A DNA stretch of 47,648 bases, the filler included, from Okamejei kenojei (taxonomy: Eukaryota): the NCBI GenBank assembly GCA_035221665.1. It is 3 parts of 3 records of this genome, joined end to end, with 100 filler letters (N's around TTAATTAATTAA, not from the genome) between each part and the next. Parts side by side here need not be neighbours in the genome. Positions count along the whole stretch, not along the records: positions 28,384 to 47,648 come from CM069132.1; 2 more parts are not named here. One strand, 5' to 3'. The position numbers and the translations under genes are program-made. Each line of letters opens with the position of its first letter. Position 1 is the stretch's first letter. Below, one piece after another: positions 32,007 through 43,985 of this stretch. The notes under the pieces are model-generated. The model saw only the letters and a program-made list of their open reading frames with translations. It was not told the DNA's origin and ran no database searches.

Positions 32007-34144
32007 CTAATCTTCCTCCATGAGTGTGTACGACTGCACCTCCCGTCGTCGCTTGGGATATTCCCTCCTGAAATGACCCTCCTCGTTACAATAGTAACAC
32101 CAGGGTACCACCCTCCTGATCCTTGTTCCTTGTTTTCCCGGGGACCCCAACTTCGGTCCCTCCATTCACCTCTTCCTCGTCCTCTAATACTACCGCTTCC
32201 CCTTTCCCGGTCTCCATGAGCACCGGCCTTCTATCACCTTCGATTCCCCCCTTCTGTACTCCTTGCTGTACTGCTTGCAACATCATTTTTGCCTTTCCCT
32301 TCTGCTTCTCCTCATCCCGTCTTACATATACCTTTTGAGCCTCTGTTAACAATTGATTCAATGGTTTTTCATTCCAATCTTCCAATTTTTCCAATTTCTT
32401 CCTAATGTCTGGCCATGATTTGGTTACAAAATTAACCTTTAGCAACTGCTGACCTGCGTCTGAATCAGGGTCTATCCCCGAATACTGCTGGACATTCCTC
32501 CTCAACCTTTGTAAAAACACTGTCGGAGGTTCGCCCTTGTTCTGCTGATTTTCAAAAGCCTGTTCGAAATTCTGTCCCTTGGGAACGGCTTCTCTAATTC
32601 CCTTGATTATTATCTCCCTGAGATCTCTCATACTTTTTCTTCCTTCCCCTGTTTGGTTATTCCAAGTCGGCGCAGTGATGGGATATTTTACTGCTCCCGC
32701 TTGAGCCTGTAACCCCTTCTCCTGCCTGTCTGACCATCTGTCTTTCTTCTGAAGTAAACAAACTTCCCCTTATTGACATCATTGTCTGCCAACTCCTTTT
32801 TTTTTCCCTGGGCCCCATTAATTTATTACCCTTCTCCAACCAGAATGTTTATCTAAACAAACCATAAAAGCTGCTTGTTGTTCAGCAATTAACTTATTTC
32901 TAATTTTGTTCAAACCATTCCCCCTACAATTCCCAAATTCCAATTCCTAGTTTAAATACATACGACTAACAATTTTCCAAATTAACTTTACTGAAAAGAA
33001 ATCTATAGAAGCCAAGCAACCTACATTTTCCAACTTCCCCTTTTTAAGTTGCGATGATACAAAGCGTTGTCCGTTACCTTACAATAACCTCCCCCATTGC
33101 TTACAATTCCTTAAAGGAACACACCCACATACCCTTACAACATGTGGCCCACAGCAAACAAACCTATCACATATACAAACTTCCTCATTCATACAAAACC
33201 GGTTTTTTACACACACATTACATTAGTTCCATTCTTACTTCAATTAGATTGTTTGAAACAACTCAATATTTTTCATAAAAACATTTTTGGCCCTAGGAAC
33301 TGATCTATTTGTTCAGCCAGTCCCAAGGGGTCTTCAAATAAACTTTTCATCTCCTTTTTAAAGTTTCTCACCTCCATACTGGTGAGAGGCACATTTACAA
33401 ATCCCATCCCCCCTTCATTTCCCCCTAACGGGACCTCCCTGAGGGGCTTCATTTGAACAGACTGGTCTAATCTCTGTTCCGCTGCCCTCGTTTGAGATCG
33501 CGCCATCCGACTACTGCCTGGGACACCCGTCCCATCCTTGTCCTCACTTTTTATTTTCTCTTCCTTATCTGACTGGCTCTCTCTCCTTCACATTCTACTT
33601 TCTGTAATTCTCTATTATCTGTCTCTTCTGAGACAAGAGCGGACAGGTTTACTGCCGATCCGCTCTGGCTTAGTGGGACCTCCTGGGCAGATGCAGCCGG
33701 CGCTGATGGGGATATATTTGGGGGCTGGGATTCATATGGCGGGGGCAGTCTCCGTAGGTGATCATCACCAATTGGTGGCCAGTCAGACTCATCCTGCTCT
33801 CTTTCCGTCTTTAACGGAAACATCCCATTATTGGGTTTCCAGCACTGGGCATATTCCTTTTCTATTTGATTCAGCGTTTGTCTTTCATTCACAAAAACAT
33901 TCAACGCCTGTCCCACCCAGTCCTCATTTGAACCCAACCGCGGCCACCACACTGCGAATAGGCTCCTTTGGCCACTCAAAGTAACAAAACTTTATCATAG
34001 TTTCCTTACTCTTACCCCGGGTGTTCCCTTCACCCCATCCAACATTCGCCCCAACGGACTATCGGGCGGAATGTTAGGCTCCATATCAGTATGAGCCTCA
34101 TCCAGGTTCCCCGGACCCTTACTCTTCCCGTTCCGGTTTCCCAT
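32007..34144 (-). pseudogene. gag: gag (frameshifted, with an internal insertion)
   Basis: MGN..SK start, IPPDSPLG, PPPY late motif, FVNVPLTSMEVRNFKKE..DQFLGP, MHR QQNKGEPPTVFLQRL, FVTKSWPDIRKKL, zinc knuckle CYYCNEEGHFRREY, TAG-GGGAGTCAGGG readthrough context. Confidence 0.9.
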
Positions 34145-34410
34145 TACCTCGTCGGACTATTCCCGTCCGACAGACCCCGGTCGCCCAGGTAATACTTAAT
34201 AGTCGTTTTTCTTACCTGGGTCCTGTGCACAAGAATCACTCGACCGTCCCGTACGTATTTACCTTACACCCCCTCTTGCTTCCCGAGTCTTTCCCACCGA
34301 ATATCACTCGCTCAAACTGCTGATGGCAAGCAAGGAGATCGGAGACTGCTGAAATCAGCAGGGTGCACCTTCCCCTCCTTCTTTGCCTCCACCAAGCAGC
34401 CGGAGTGTCG

Positions 34411-34428
34411 ATCGCGGACGAGCCCCCA
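34411..34428 (-). promoter_or_regulatory. Primer binding site, tRNA-Pro
   Basis: TGGGGGCTCGTCCGCGAT, 17/18 match to the MLV-type Pro PBS, 3 nt after the LTR end; candidate major splice donor CAG|GTAAG near 34215. Confidence 0.92.
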
Positions 34429-34431
34429 ATC

Positions 34432-34842
34432 TGTGAGATGAGCTTTGTGCTCGGTTTATAACTCTTGCTTCCAAGATTTAGTCTTTGTGCATTAATTGTG
34501 AGCACAAAGCGTATCTCACACAACGTCTCACCTTCGAACAGCAGCAGAAGCAGGTAAACGATCACCAAGCTCGGCCTGGGCTCACAACCGTTGCAGATCA
34601 GTACTAAAGCTAAGCTATAGTGAAAAGGGTCCCATCTATCACTCCATTCCACTGATAGGGATCTCTCTACATCACTCCCTTCTACCGCTATACAATGCTA
34701 TTACATCTTACTCAAGGACTCAAGGATGGGTCTGGCAACCTTCAGACACAGCTGTGTCAGAATCCTCTCTCCAGCCCCTCTCAGTTCGGATTCTCTTTAA
34801 AACTCCTTACTTTAATGGGGTTTAATCACTTTATCCCTCACA
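34432..34842 (-). repeat. 5' LTR (411 bp)
   Basis: TGTGAG...CTCACA terminal inverted repeat, adjacent to the PBS. Confidence 0.93.
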
Positions 34843-34863
34843 GTTGTGTCGCGCCAGGGTCTT

Positions 34864-35057
34864 GGGCCTGTCCCACTTTGGCCGTCAGTTCCGCGACAGG
34901 CCGTTGGCGCGCGAAGATTTAGTTCACTACAAAAATTTCGGAGCCCCGCGCGATGTCTCGCACAACTACACACCCCTCTGCGCTTCTCAGTGGGACCGGC
35001 CCCGCGCAGCCATACGATGCCCGTGCGCCTCAACGCGACCACGAGTGGGACAGGCCC
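34864..35057. mobile_element. MITE (probably PIF/Harbinger-type)
   Basis: Inverted termini GGGCCTGTCCCACT ... AGTGGGACAGGCCC; CpG-rich, non-coding. Confidence 0.65.
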
Positions 35058-35484
35058 TTTACACATTGCATTTTTCTTGTGCAAAACGTAAAGTATTTCC
35101 AAGAAGAGAGGATGGGGACAATAAGGTGCATCTCCATTGTGAGCTTTCGTGGATGCCTTATAAAAGAGATCTGGGAAGAAAATGTGGAATCTACCCTGAG
35201 TTGTTCTGCTTATATTGATCTTTGTGCCGTGTAGATTCGCGATTGGTCTGTTGATGATTATGGCAAGGCAGGGATGGGTGTGCCTTCAGAGCTGCTTTCG
35301 ATTGATGGATATGGACCGTGAGGAGAGTTTTGACACACCTGGATTGTTTTCTCTGGAGCGGATGAAAATGAGGGTGACCTCACCGATGTTTCTAAAATTC
35401 CGAAAGATACAGTTAGGATAGTCTAAATGTCTTCCGCAATATTGAGGGGAGGGGGGCGGGAAGGGGAGGGGTGGGGCTGCAGGG

Positions 35485-35890
35485 TTCAGCGTGGGGTCAC
35501 AGGTGTCAGGGTGGGGTTGCAGGGGTCAGGGTGGGTCGCAGGGGTCAGGGTGGGGTCGCAGGGGTCAGGATGGGTTCCCAGGGGTGAGGGTGGGGTCGCA
35601 GGGGTCAGGGTGGGGTCGCAGTGCTCAGGGTGGGGTCGCAGGGGTCAGGGTTGGGTCACAGGGGTCAGAGTGGGATCGCAGGGGTCAGGGTGGGGTCGCT
35701 GTGGTGAGGGTGGGGTCGCAGGAGTGAGGGTGGGGTCGCAGGGGTCAGGGTGGGGTCGCAGGGGTCAGGGTGGGGTCGCAGGGGTCAGGGTGGGGTCAGA
35801 GGGGTCAGTGTGGGTTTACAGGGGTCAGGGTGGGGTCACAGGGGTCAGGGTGGGGCCGCAGGCATCAGCGTGGGGTCACAGGGGTCAGGG
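35485..35890 (+). repeat. 20-bp G-rich minisatellite (GGGGTCAGGGTGGGGTCGCA)n, about 20 copies
   Basis: Direct tandem repeats seen in the sequence. Confidence 0.95.
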
Positions 35891-36164
35891 AGGGGCCGCT
35901 ACTCTTCACGTTGTATATTCATGATTTGGACGAGGGTATTGAAGGCTTTGTGGCCAAGGTTGCTGATGATATGAAGATAGTTGGAGAAGCCAAGATGGAG
36001 ACACACTCTAAGGATTTGCAGGATTGTAGGTTAATTGGCTTGGTGTAAATGTGAATTGTCCCCAGTGTGTGTAGGATAGAGTTAGTGTGCAGGGATCGCT
36101 GGTCGGCATGGATTTGATGGGCTGAAGGGCCTGTTTATGCGCTGTTTGTTCTATGTTTAGCTCC

Positions 36165-36464
36165 CTTTAGAGATACAGCGCGGAAACAGGCCCTTCGGCC
36201 CACCAGGTCCGCGCCGACCAGCGATCCCCGCACATTAACACTATCCCACACACACTAGGGACAATTTACACATTTTTACCAAAGCCAATTAACCTACAAA
36301 CCTGTAAGTCTTTGGAGTGTGGGAGGAAACCGGAGCACCCGGAGAAAACCCACGCAGGTCACAGGGGAGAACGTACAAACTCCATACAGACAGTGCCCGT
36401 AGTCAGGATGGAACCCGGGTCTGTGGCGCTGTGAGGCAGCGACTCTACCGCTGCGCCACCGTGC
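36165..36464 (-). mobile_element. tRNA-derived SINE (HE1/V-SINE-like), near full length
   Basis: Minus strand CACGGTGGCGCAGCGGTAGAG (A box) ... GGGTTCCATCC (B box), central core and CR1-like tail. Confidence 0.85.
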
Positions 36465-36531
36465 TGTTGATATTTCTGTGTAGTCGCTGGTCGGCTCTGA
36501 CCGTGAGTTTGCTGCATTTGTATATCTCCAG

Positions 36532-36747
36532 GCTCGGCCACGCTCCACCAGTGGCAGCAGCTGGCTCAGCCCAACCTGGGCGGGATTCTGGACACGCGGC
36601 CGGGAGTGGTGACCAAGGGCTTCCGGCCCCTGGAGGTGGACACTGAGCCCGTCTATCACCTCACCGACTACGAGGAGGATGAGCCTGGGGGCCGGGGCCT
36701 ACGACCCCACCGCGCCCCCCCACCCCCGCACCCATGGGAGACCCCAG
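36532..36747 (+). CDS. Isolated exon of a TRAK1/TRAK2/HAP1-family (Milton) kinesin adaptor
   Basis: ctccag|(G)SATLHQWQQLAQPNLGGILDTRPGVVTKGFRPLEVDTEPVYHLTDYEEDE..PWETP|gtgag; 216 nt, phase 1/1; not in the ORF track; paralogue uncertain. Confidence 0.85.
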
Positions 36748-36957
36748 GTGAGAGGTCACCGTCTCACTGACAACCAAGCCTCCAGACACCGTCACACTGC
36801 CCACTGGCCACTACCTGTGGCCGGACACAAACCCACTGACCAGTGGCTGCCCAGGGCAGCGCCCCCTGGAAACACATTCACTATTTTATATTTATTTCAT
36901 TCATTCGTTCAATATCTCTCTCGTTTTCCTCTCCCCTGACTCTCAGCGTCTCGACCC

Positions 36958-37218
36958 GAAACGTCACTATCCATGTTCTCCACAGATGCTGCCTGACCCG
37001 CTGAGTTACTCCAGCACTCTGTGAAACGTCACCTATCCATGTTCCCCACAGATGCTGCCTGACCCACTGAGTTACTCCAGCACTCTGTGAAACGTCACCT
37101 ATCCATGTTCCCACAGATGCTGCCTGACCCGCTGAGTTACTCCAGCACTCTGTGAAACGTCACCTATCCATGTTCCCCACAGATGCTGCCTGACCCACTG
37201 AGTTACTCCAGCACTGTG
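36958..37218 (+). repeat. Four tandem 65-66 bp units derived from the Penelope-like pLTR
   Basis: GAAACGTCACCTATCCATGTTCCCCACAGATGCTGCCTGACCC(G/A)CTGAGTTACTCCAGCACTCTGT starting at 36958, 37023, 37089 and 37154. Confidence 0.9.
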
Positions 37219-38794
37219 CCTTTTTTTGGTAAACCCGCACCTGCAGTTCCTTGTGTCCACATTCCCAGTGGCTTGGAATGGTCAGAGTCGCGAGTGTGGC
37301 CGCTCACGGCAAGAATTGGTGCTGGCTCGAAGGGCCGAACGGCCTACTCCTGCACCTATTGTCTAAACTTTTACTGTGTATGTTGCTGATGTATCTTCTG
37401 CTGTTCCTTGTTCCTCCTCTCCCACTCTTTCTCCCACTCTTTCTCCCCCCCTCTCCCCCCTTCTCTCCCCTCTCTCTCCCCCCTCTTTCTCCCCCCTCTT
37501 TTTCCCCCTCTTTCAGAGGGCGGTGAAGGCCAGTTCTCTGGATACTTTCAAGAGAGAGCTAGATAGGGCTCTTGAGGATAGCAGAGTCAGGGGATATGGC
37601 GAGAAGGCAGGAACGGGGTACTGATTGGGGATGATCAGCCATGATCACATTGAATGGCGGTGCTGGCTCGAAGGGCCGAATGGCCTACTCCTGCACCTAT
37701 TGTCTATTGGGCTTTTGGAATCCACACAGACCATCGGTCGCCGTTCACACTAGTTCGACGTTCTATTCTAATCATGTGATAGGAGCAGAATTAGGCCATT
37801 CGGCCCATGAAGTCTACTCTGCCATTCAATCCCACTTTCTCATCCACTCACTGAGTTTGAGAGTTTGAGAGTTTGAGAGTTAGAGTGAGGTTTGAGAGTT
37901 TGAGTTTGATTTTTTTTAAAGCCGACTGTCTGACATATTACTCACGACACGTGCCTGAAAACGACTCATTTATAATTATATATTTATATTTCTATGAAAA
38001 TTGTTCCTAATTGGGCCCTGCACCTCCTAAGGCTGGCCCTGCGGAGGCCAATTCACTGGATGTTTCCAAGAGAGAGCTAGATATACCGCTTGGGGCTAAC
38101 GGACTCAAGGGATATGGGGAGATAGCAGGAATGGGGCAATGATTGTGGATGATCATATTGAATGCCGGTGCGTGCTCAATAGGCCAAACGGCCTCCTCCT
38201 GCACCTATTTTCTATGTTTCTATATTTTACTAATGTGTTCTAAGTAACCTGCGAACCCTGGTCTACCTGCTTTCCGCACCGTGGTATCAATTAACCTGTT
38301 CCATTCTATATAACTTGCCAGCCTCTGTGCCACTATGCTGATGAAAATCTTGCCTTCTACATTTAGGAGACAAATAGCCTAAACTGATTTAACTCTGGAG
38401 AATCTTTCCTCTCGGGAATGAACTTTACCCCTGCTCTACGCCAAACCCTTGGTATGACCTGCTTCTACCAACCTATTCGGTGGAGCCTTCACAAGAATCT
38501 AAGCACATCAGGTGCACTTTTATGTACCCGGTCAGGGACTCCATTCGGTCCCGGTGAAGCCTTTTCATGCCATATTACTGCTTCCACTTGGTGGCAAAAC
38601 ATCTAACGCTCTTTTCCTAAGGTGGTAACACTGGAGGGAAACACGGGCACGATATTGGGGCCCATGACGACAGGCCCACTCAGTATTCAAACAACGTAAG
38701 GTCAGAAAACACTAGGCCCATTCAGTGTTGGTGTCGCGTGGTGCCACAGAAAGTAGGCCCAATCTCTATTCAATTGATTGGGCCCAATAACTTT

Positions 38795-41055
38795 AGAAAC
38801 ATAGAAACATAGAAACATAGAAACATAGAAAATAGGTGCAGGAGTAGGCCATTCGGCCCTTCAAGCCTGCACCGCCATTCAATATGATCATAGCTGATCA
38901 TCCAACTCAGTATCCCGTACCTTCTCTCCATACCCCCTAATCCCTTTAGCCACAAGGGCCACATCTAACTCCCTCTTAAATATAGCCATTGAACTGGCCG
39001 CAACTATCTTCTGTGGCAGAGAATTCCACAGATTCACCACTCTGTGTGAAAAAGGTTTTCCTCATCTCGGTCCTAAAAGACTTCCCCCTTATTCTTAAAC
39101 TGTGACCCCTTGTTCTGGACTTCCCCAACATCAGGAACAATCTTCCTGGATCTAACATGTCCAAACCCTTGAGAATTTTGTAAGTTTCTTTAAGATCCCC
39201 CCTCAGTCTTCTAAATTCTAGTGAGTACAAGCCGAGTCTATCCTGTCTTTAGCCAGAAAAAGCAGAAAAAGCCGCCGACAAGAGGACTGGGAGAAATTCA
39301 GAGTCCAGCAGAGGAGGACAAAAGGCTTAATTAGGAAAGGGAAAATAGATTATGAAAGCAAACTGGCAGGGAACAAATAAAACTGACTGCAAAAGTTTTT
39401 ATAGATATGTGAAGAGAAAAAAGTTAGTTAAAACAAATGTAGGTCCCTTGCAGTCAGAAACTGGTGAATTGATCATGGGGAACAAGGACATGGCAGACCA
39501 ATTGAATAACTACTTTGGTTCTGTCTTCACTAAGGAAGGCATAAATAATCTGCCAGAAATAGCAGGTGATCGGGGGTCAAATGAGATGGAGGAACTGAGT
39601 GAAATCCAGGTTAGCCGGGAAGTGGCGTTAGGTAAATTGAATGGATTAAAGGCTGATAAATCCACAGGGCCAGATAGGCTGCATCCCAGAGTGCTTAAGG
39701 AAGTAGCCTTAGAAATAGTAGATGCATTAGTGATAATATGAGATTAGTATACAAACCTAAAGCACACGGTATAGGGGGTTCAGTATTGATGTGGATAGAG
39801 GACTGGCTGGCAGACAGGAAGCAAAGAGTAGGACTAAACGGGTCCTTTTCAGAATGGCAGGCAGTGACTAGTGGGGTACCGCAAGGCTCAGTACTGGGAC
39901 CCCAGCTGTTTACAATATATATTAATGATTTGCATGAGGGAATTGTATGCAACATCTCCATGTTTGCAGATGACACGAAGTTGGGGGGTAGTGTTAGCTG
40001 TGAGGAGGATGCTAGGAGGCTGCAAGGTGACTTGGATAGGTTGGGTGAGTGGGCAAATGCATGGCAGATGCAGTATAATGTGGATAAACGTGAGGTTATC
40101 CTCTTTAGAGGCAAAAACAGGAAAGTAGACTATTATCATGAATGGTGGCCGATTAGGAAAAGGGGAGATGCAACGAGACCTGGGTGTCATGGTACACCAG
40201 TCATTGAAAGTAGGCATGCAGGTGCAGAGGTAGTGAAAGCGAATGGTATGTTGGCATTCATAGCAAAAGGATTTGAGTATAAGAGATAGGGAGGTTCTAC
40301 TGCAGTTGTACAGGGTCTTGGTGAGGCCACACCTGGAGTATTGCGTACAGTTTTGGTCTCCTAATCTGAGAAAATACATTCTTGCCATAGAGGGAGTACA
40401 GAGAAGATTCACCAGACTGATTCCTGGGATGGCAGGACTTTCATATGAAGAAAGACTGGATAGACTCAGCTTGTACTCGCTAGAATTTAGAAGATTGAGA
40501 GGAGATCTCATAGAGGCTTACAAAATTCTTAAGGGGTTGGACAGGCTAGACGCAGGAAGATTGTTCCCGATGTTGGAGAACTCCAGAACAAGGAGTCACA
40601 GTTTAAGGGTAAGTGGGAAGTCATTTAGGACCGAGATGAGAAAATCATTTTTCACACAGCGAGTGGTGAATCTGTGGAATTCTCTGCCACAGAAGGTAGT
40701 TGAGGCCAGTTCATTGGCAATATTTAAGAGGGAGTTTTTTGTGGCCCTTGTGGCTAAAGGGATCAGGGGGTATGGAGAGAAGGCAGGTACTGGATACTGA
40801 GTTCGATGATCAGCCATGATCATATTGAATGGCGGTGCAGGCTCGAAGGGCTGAATGGCCTACTCCTGCACCTATTTTCTATGTTTCTATGTTTCTTCAT
40901 ATGAAACTCCTGCCATCCCAGGAATCTGCATGGTGAACCTTCTCTGTACTCCCTCTATGGCAAGAAAGTCTTTCCTCAGATTAGGAGACCAAAACTGTGG
41001 TCTCTCCAAGGCCCTGCACAACTGCAGTAGAACCTCCCTGCTCCTATACTCAAGA
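38795..41055 (-). mobile_element. CR1 LINE 3' part (38795-39250 and 40893-41055) interrupted by an antisense CR1
   Basis: (GAAACATA)n tail and YSLEFRRLRGDL; the sequence resumes as TCTTCATATGAAA.. after the insert. Confidence 0.85.
39251..40892 (+). mobile_element. CR1 LINE, 5'-truncated with an internal deletion near 39738
   Basis: GVPQGSVLGP, FADDTKLGG, LVRPHLEYCVQFWSP and (TTTCTATG)n tail. Confidence 0.92.
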
Positions 41056-41224
41056 CTTTAGTCGCGGTTACCCTAATAGTGTGCTGAATGGAATCAGCCG
41101 AGAGTAGTCCAGGATACCCAACTAGTGGGATGAGTGGCTTTGTGGCTCCGTGTGGCCTTTTATTATTTTGGGGGCCCATACTATCTCACTCACCTGCCGT
41201 CAAAGGCCCAACCAATGCCTCCTT

Positions 41225-43985
41225 TATAATACTTTTATTAGAGTTCATATACAATAGGGTACATTAAGAATAATATAATACATTTCATGTACAACCTCTT
41301 GTTTTTGAATTTGATAATAAAAAAGTAATATAAGTAAAAAGAGAGAAAAAGAAAGTTAGGTAAAATGGTGAAAGTGATAGTTCGTGAAAAGTACAAGAAA
41401 AAGAGAGAAAGGAGGAGAGATATAAAAAATAAAAACAGTTTTTAAAAAATAACAGGAAATTAAAACAAAAAAGATAATAAAAGGAAAATAAAAAGAAAGG
41501 GATGTACCTGCTTCCTATCTTTGCGCACCCCTCACCCGGTTCTGAAACAGTTTATTTTCAGGATTATGTTACACCATGTAGAAACATCGAAACATAGAAA
41601 TTAGGTGCAGGAGCAGGCCATTCGGCCCTTCGAGCCTGCACCGCCATTCAATATGATAATGGCTGATCATCCAACTCAGTATCCTGTACATGCCTTCTCT
41701 CCATACCCCCTGATCCCTTCAGCCACAAGGGCCACATCCAACTCCCTCTTAAATATGGCCAACGAACTGGCCTCAACTACCTTCTGTGGCAGAGAATTCC
41801 ACAGATTCACCACTCTCTGTGTGAAAAACGATTTTCTCATCTCGGTCCTAAAAGACTTCCCCCTTATCCTTAAACTGTGAACTTCCCCAACATTGGGAAC
41901 AATCTTCCTGCATCTAGCCTGTCCAACCCCTTAAGAATTTTGTAAGTCTCTATGAGATCACCCCTCAATCTTCTAAATATGCTTGTAATAAATCGATAAA
42001 GGGGGACCAAATCTTTAAGAATTGGTCTGATTTACCTGCTCAGACGAATCTCATATCTTCTAGGTGTAACAATTCAGACATGTTTGAAATCCACATTTTA
42101 AGCTTTGGTGTTGGTGCATTTTTCCAGAATTTTTATATGTTGATTTGCCGTTATTAAGGAAAATCTCTTGGAACGAAGTCAGCTCAGAGCCGGTCTCCAT
42201 TGTTCCAAAGATAATCAATTCTGCATTGGGGTTCATTTCTGTTTTATATACTTTTGTAAAAAATGTGAAAATTCCATTCCAAAACTTCTGAAGTTTTATG
42301 CAAAAGACAAAAGAGTGTGCTATAGTTGCATCTTGAGATAAGCATTTATCACAGATGGGTGAGACATTTGGAAATATTTTAATCAATTTAGTTTTTGAGT
42401 AATATAATCTATGTAAAATTTTAAATTAAATTAAAGTATGTCTTACATTTATCGAACATTTATGTGCATATAGCAAATATTTATCCCACCTGTCTTTTGA
42501 GATATTTATAGATAATTCTTGTTTCCAGTCTCTTCTGATTGCATCAGACGGTGGTATCTCCATGTTTAAAATGATATTATACAAATATGATATTAAATTA
42601 GTAGAACCCGCCTTTCTGTTCATAGCTGTATCTAGTATATCTGAAGTCAAAGTTTTATTTTCTTTTGTATGTTTTTTCAAGTAGTCACGGATTTGAAGAC
42701 ATTTAAAGTACTGATTACTTTTCAGGTTATATTTAAGTTGTAGTTTTTGGAATGATAAAAGATTTCCCATTTCATACATTTCTCCAAAGGTTTTAATTCC
42801 TATTCTTTCCCATTGTGTATACGTTTTATAGATAATAGATGGTTTAAAACGACGGATTATTAACAATAGGAGAGAGATGTGATAGATTTCTTAACTTGAA
42901 GGTTAATTTTATTTGTTTCCACGTTCGTATTGTACTATGAATAATTTGATTTTTCTTGTCTATTGTATTATTCAGTTTTATCGGTGAGAGAAGGATCGCT
43001 CCTATATTAAAAGGAGAGCAGTCCTCTCTCTCCATTACTATCCAATCTACCTGTCGGGCAGAATTGTCCAACAAGTAAATTACATTTTTAGTATTCGTTG
43101 CCCAGTGATAGTACAGATAGTTGGGTAGTGTCAGTCCGCCAAATTCCTTGGGTTTACACAAGTGTCTGCTTTCAATTCTATGGGACTTGTAGTCCCATAT
43201 GAAATTTATGATATAAGAGTAAAGTTTTTTTTTTTAATTTTAGGTAAATATATTGGTATTCATTGAAATAAATATAAGATTTGTGGCAGAAAAATCATTT
43301 TTATGGCATTTATTCTGCCTATTAAAGACATCGGTAGTGTTTTCCAAAATTTAATCAGAGCATTTAATTTAGTAAGTAAGGGCATATAGTTTGCATTGGA
43401 ATAAAGATTTATATTTTCTAGTAATTTGAATACCCAGATATTTAAATTTTTCTGTTGCAATTCTAAAGGGGAATTTTAAAAGGTGTGTCGGTTCTTGAGG
43501 TTTTATCGTCATAATTTCACTTTTATTCCAATTTATTCTATATCCTGAAAATGATCCAAATTCCTCTATTAAATTTAATATATTTGGTATGTTGATTTGC
43601 GATTTTGTAATATATACGTCGTCTGCATATAGTGATATTTTATTATTTGTGTTTGTATTATAACCATGGATGTTCGGATGCATTCTTATACTTTCTGCTT
43701 AGGGTTCTATCACAAGAGCAAATAGCAGGGGTGATAGTGCACATCCCTGTCTATTGCCCCTGGATAGTTGACATTTCGAAGAGAGTATATTATTAGTCAG
43801 TATTCTAGCAGTTGGCTTGTCATATAATAATTTTACCCATAAGATAAAATTCTCCCATTTGAATGTTTTGCAATACTTTGAAGAGATATTCCCATTTCAC
43901 CTGCTTTTTCTGCATCCAATGAAATAATTGATAAGTCTTCCTCTTTAGTATTATGTGAATACATTATGCTAAACCAATGTCTAAG
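41225..43985 (-). mobile_element. L1 LINE ORF2 (RT to 3' end), degenerate, with a CR1 3' fragment inserted at about 41580-41977
   Basis: RQGCALSPLLFALVIEP, KISLYADD, FGSFSGYRINWNKS, FKYLGI, PKEFGGLTLPN, CDKC..HSFVFC. Confidence 0.9.

Larger units (their letters stand above)
28384..34842 (-). mobile_element. Endogenous retrovirus (class I, HERV-I/ERV3-like), pol-defective provirus
   Basis: Order is LTR-PBS-gag-pro-(decayed RT/RH)-IN C-terminus-env-PPT-LTR; the 3' LTR is cut by the contig end. Confidence 0.95.

Noticed and set aside
35485-35890. Ig class-switch region
   Set aside because: Lies downstream of the TM exons rather than upstream of a C gene, the G-rich strand is antisense to the Ig gene, and AGCT hotspots are not enriched
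35427-36048. Gly/Val/Ser-rich ORFs
   Set aside because: Translations of the minisatellite and an adjacent CR1 fragment
36390-36464. tRNA gene
   Set aside because: The A and B boxes belong to the tRNA-derived head of a SINE that continues into core and LINE-like tail sequence
36958-37218. CRISPR-like array
   Set aside because: Units are fully repeated with no unique spacers; eukaryotic context; derived from a Penelope-like pLTR
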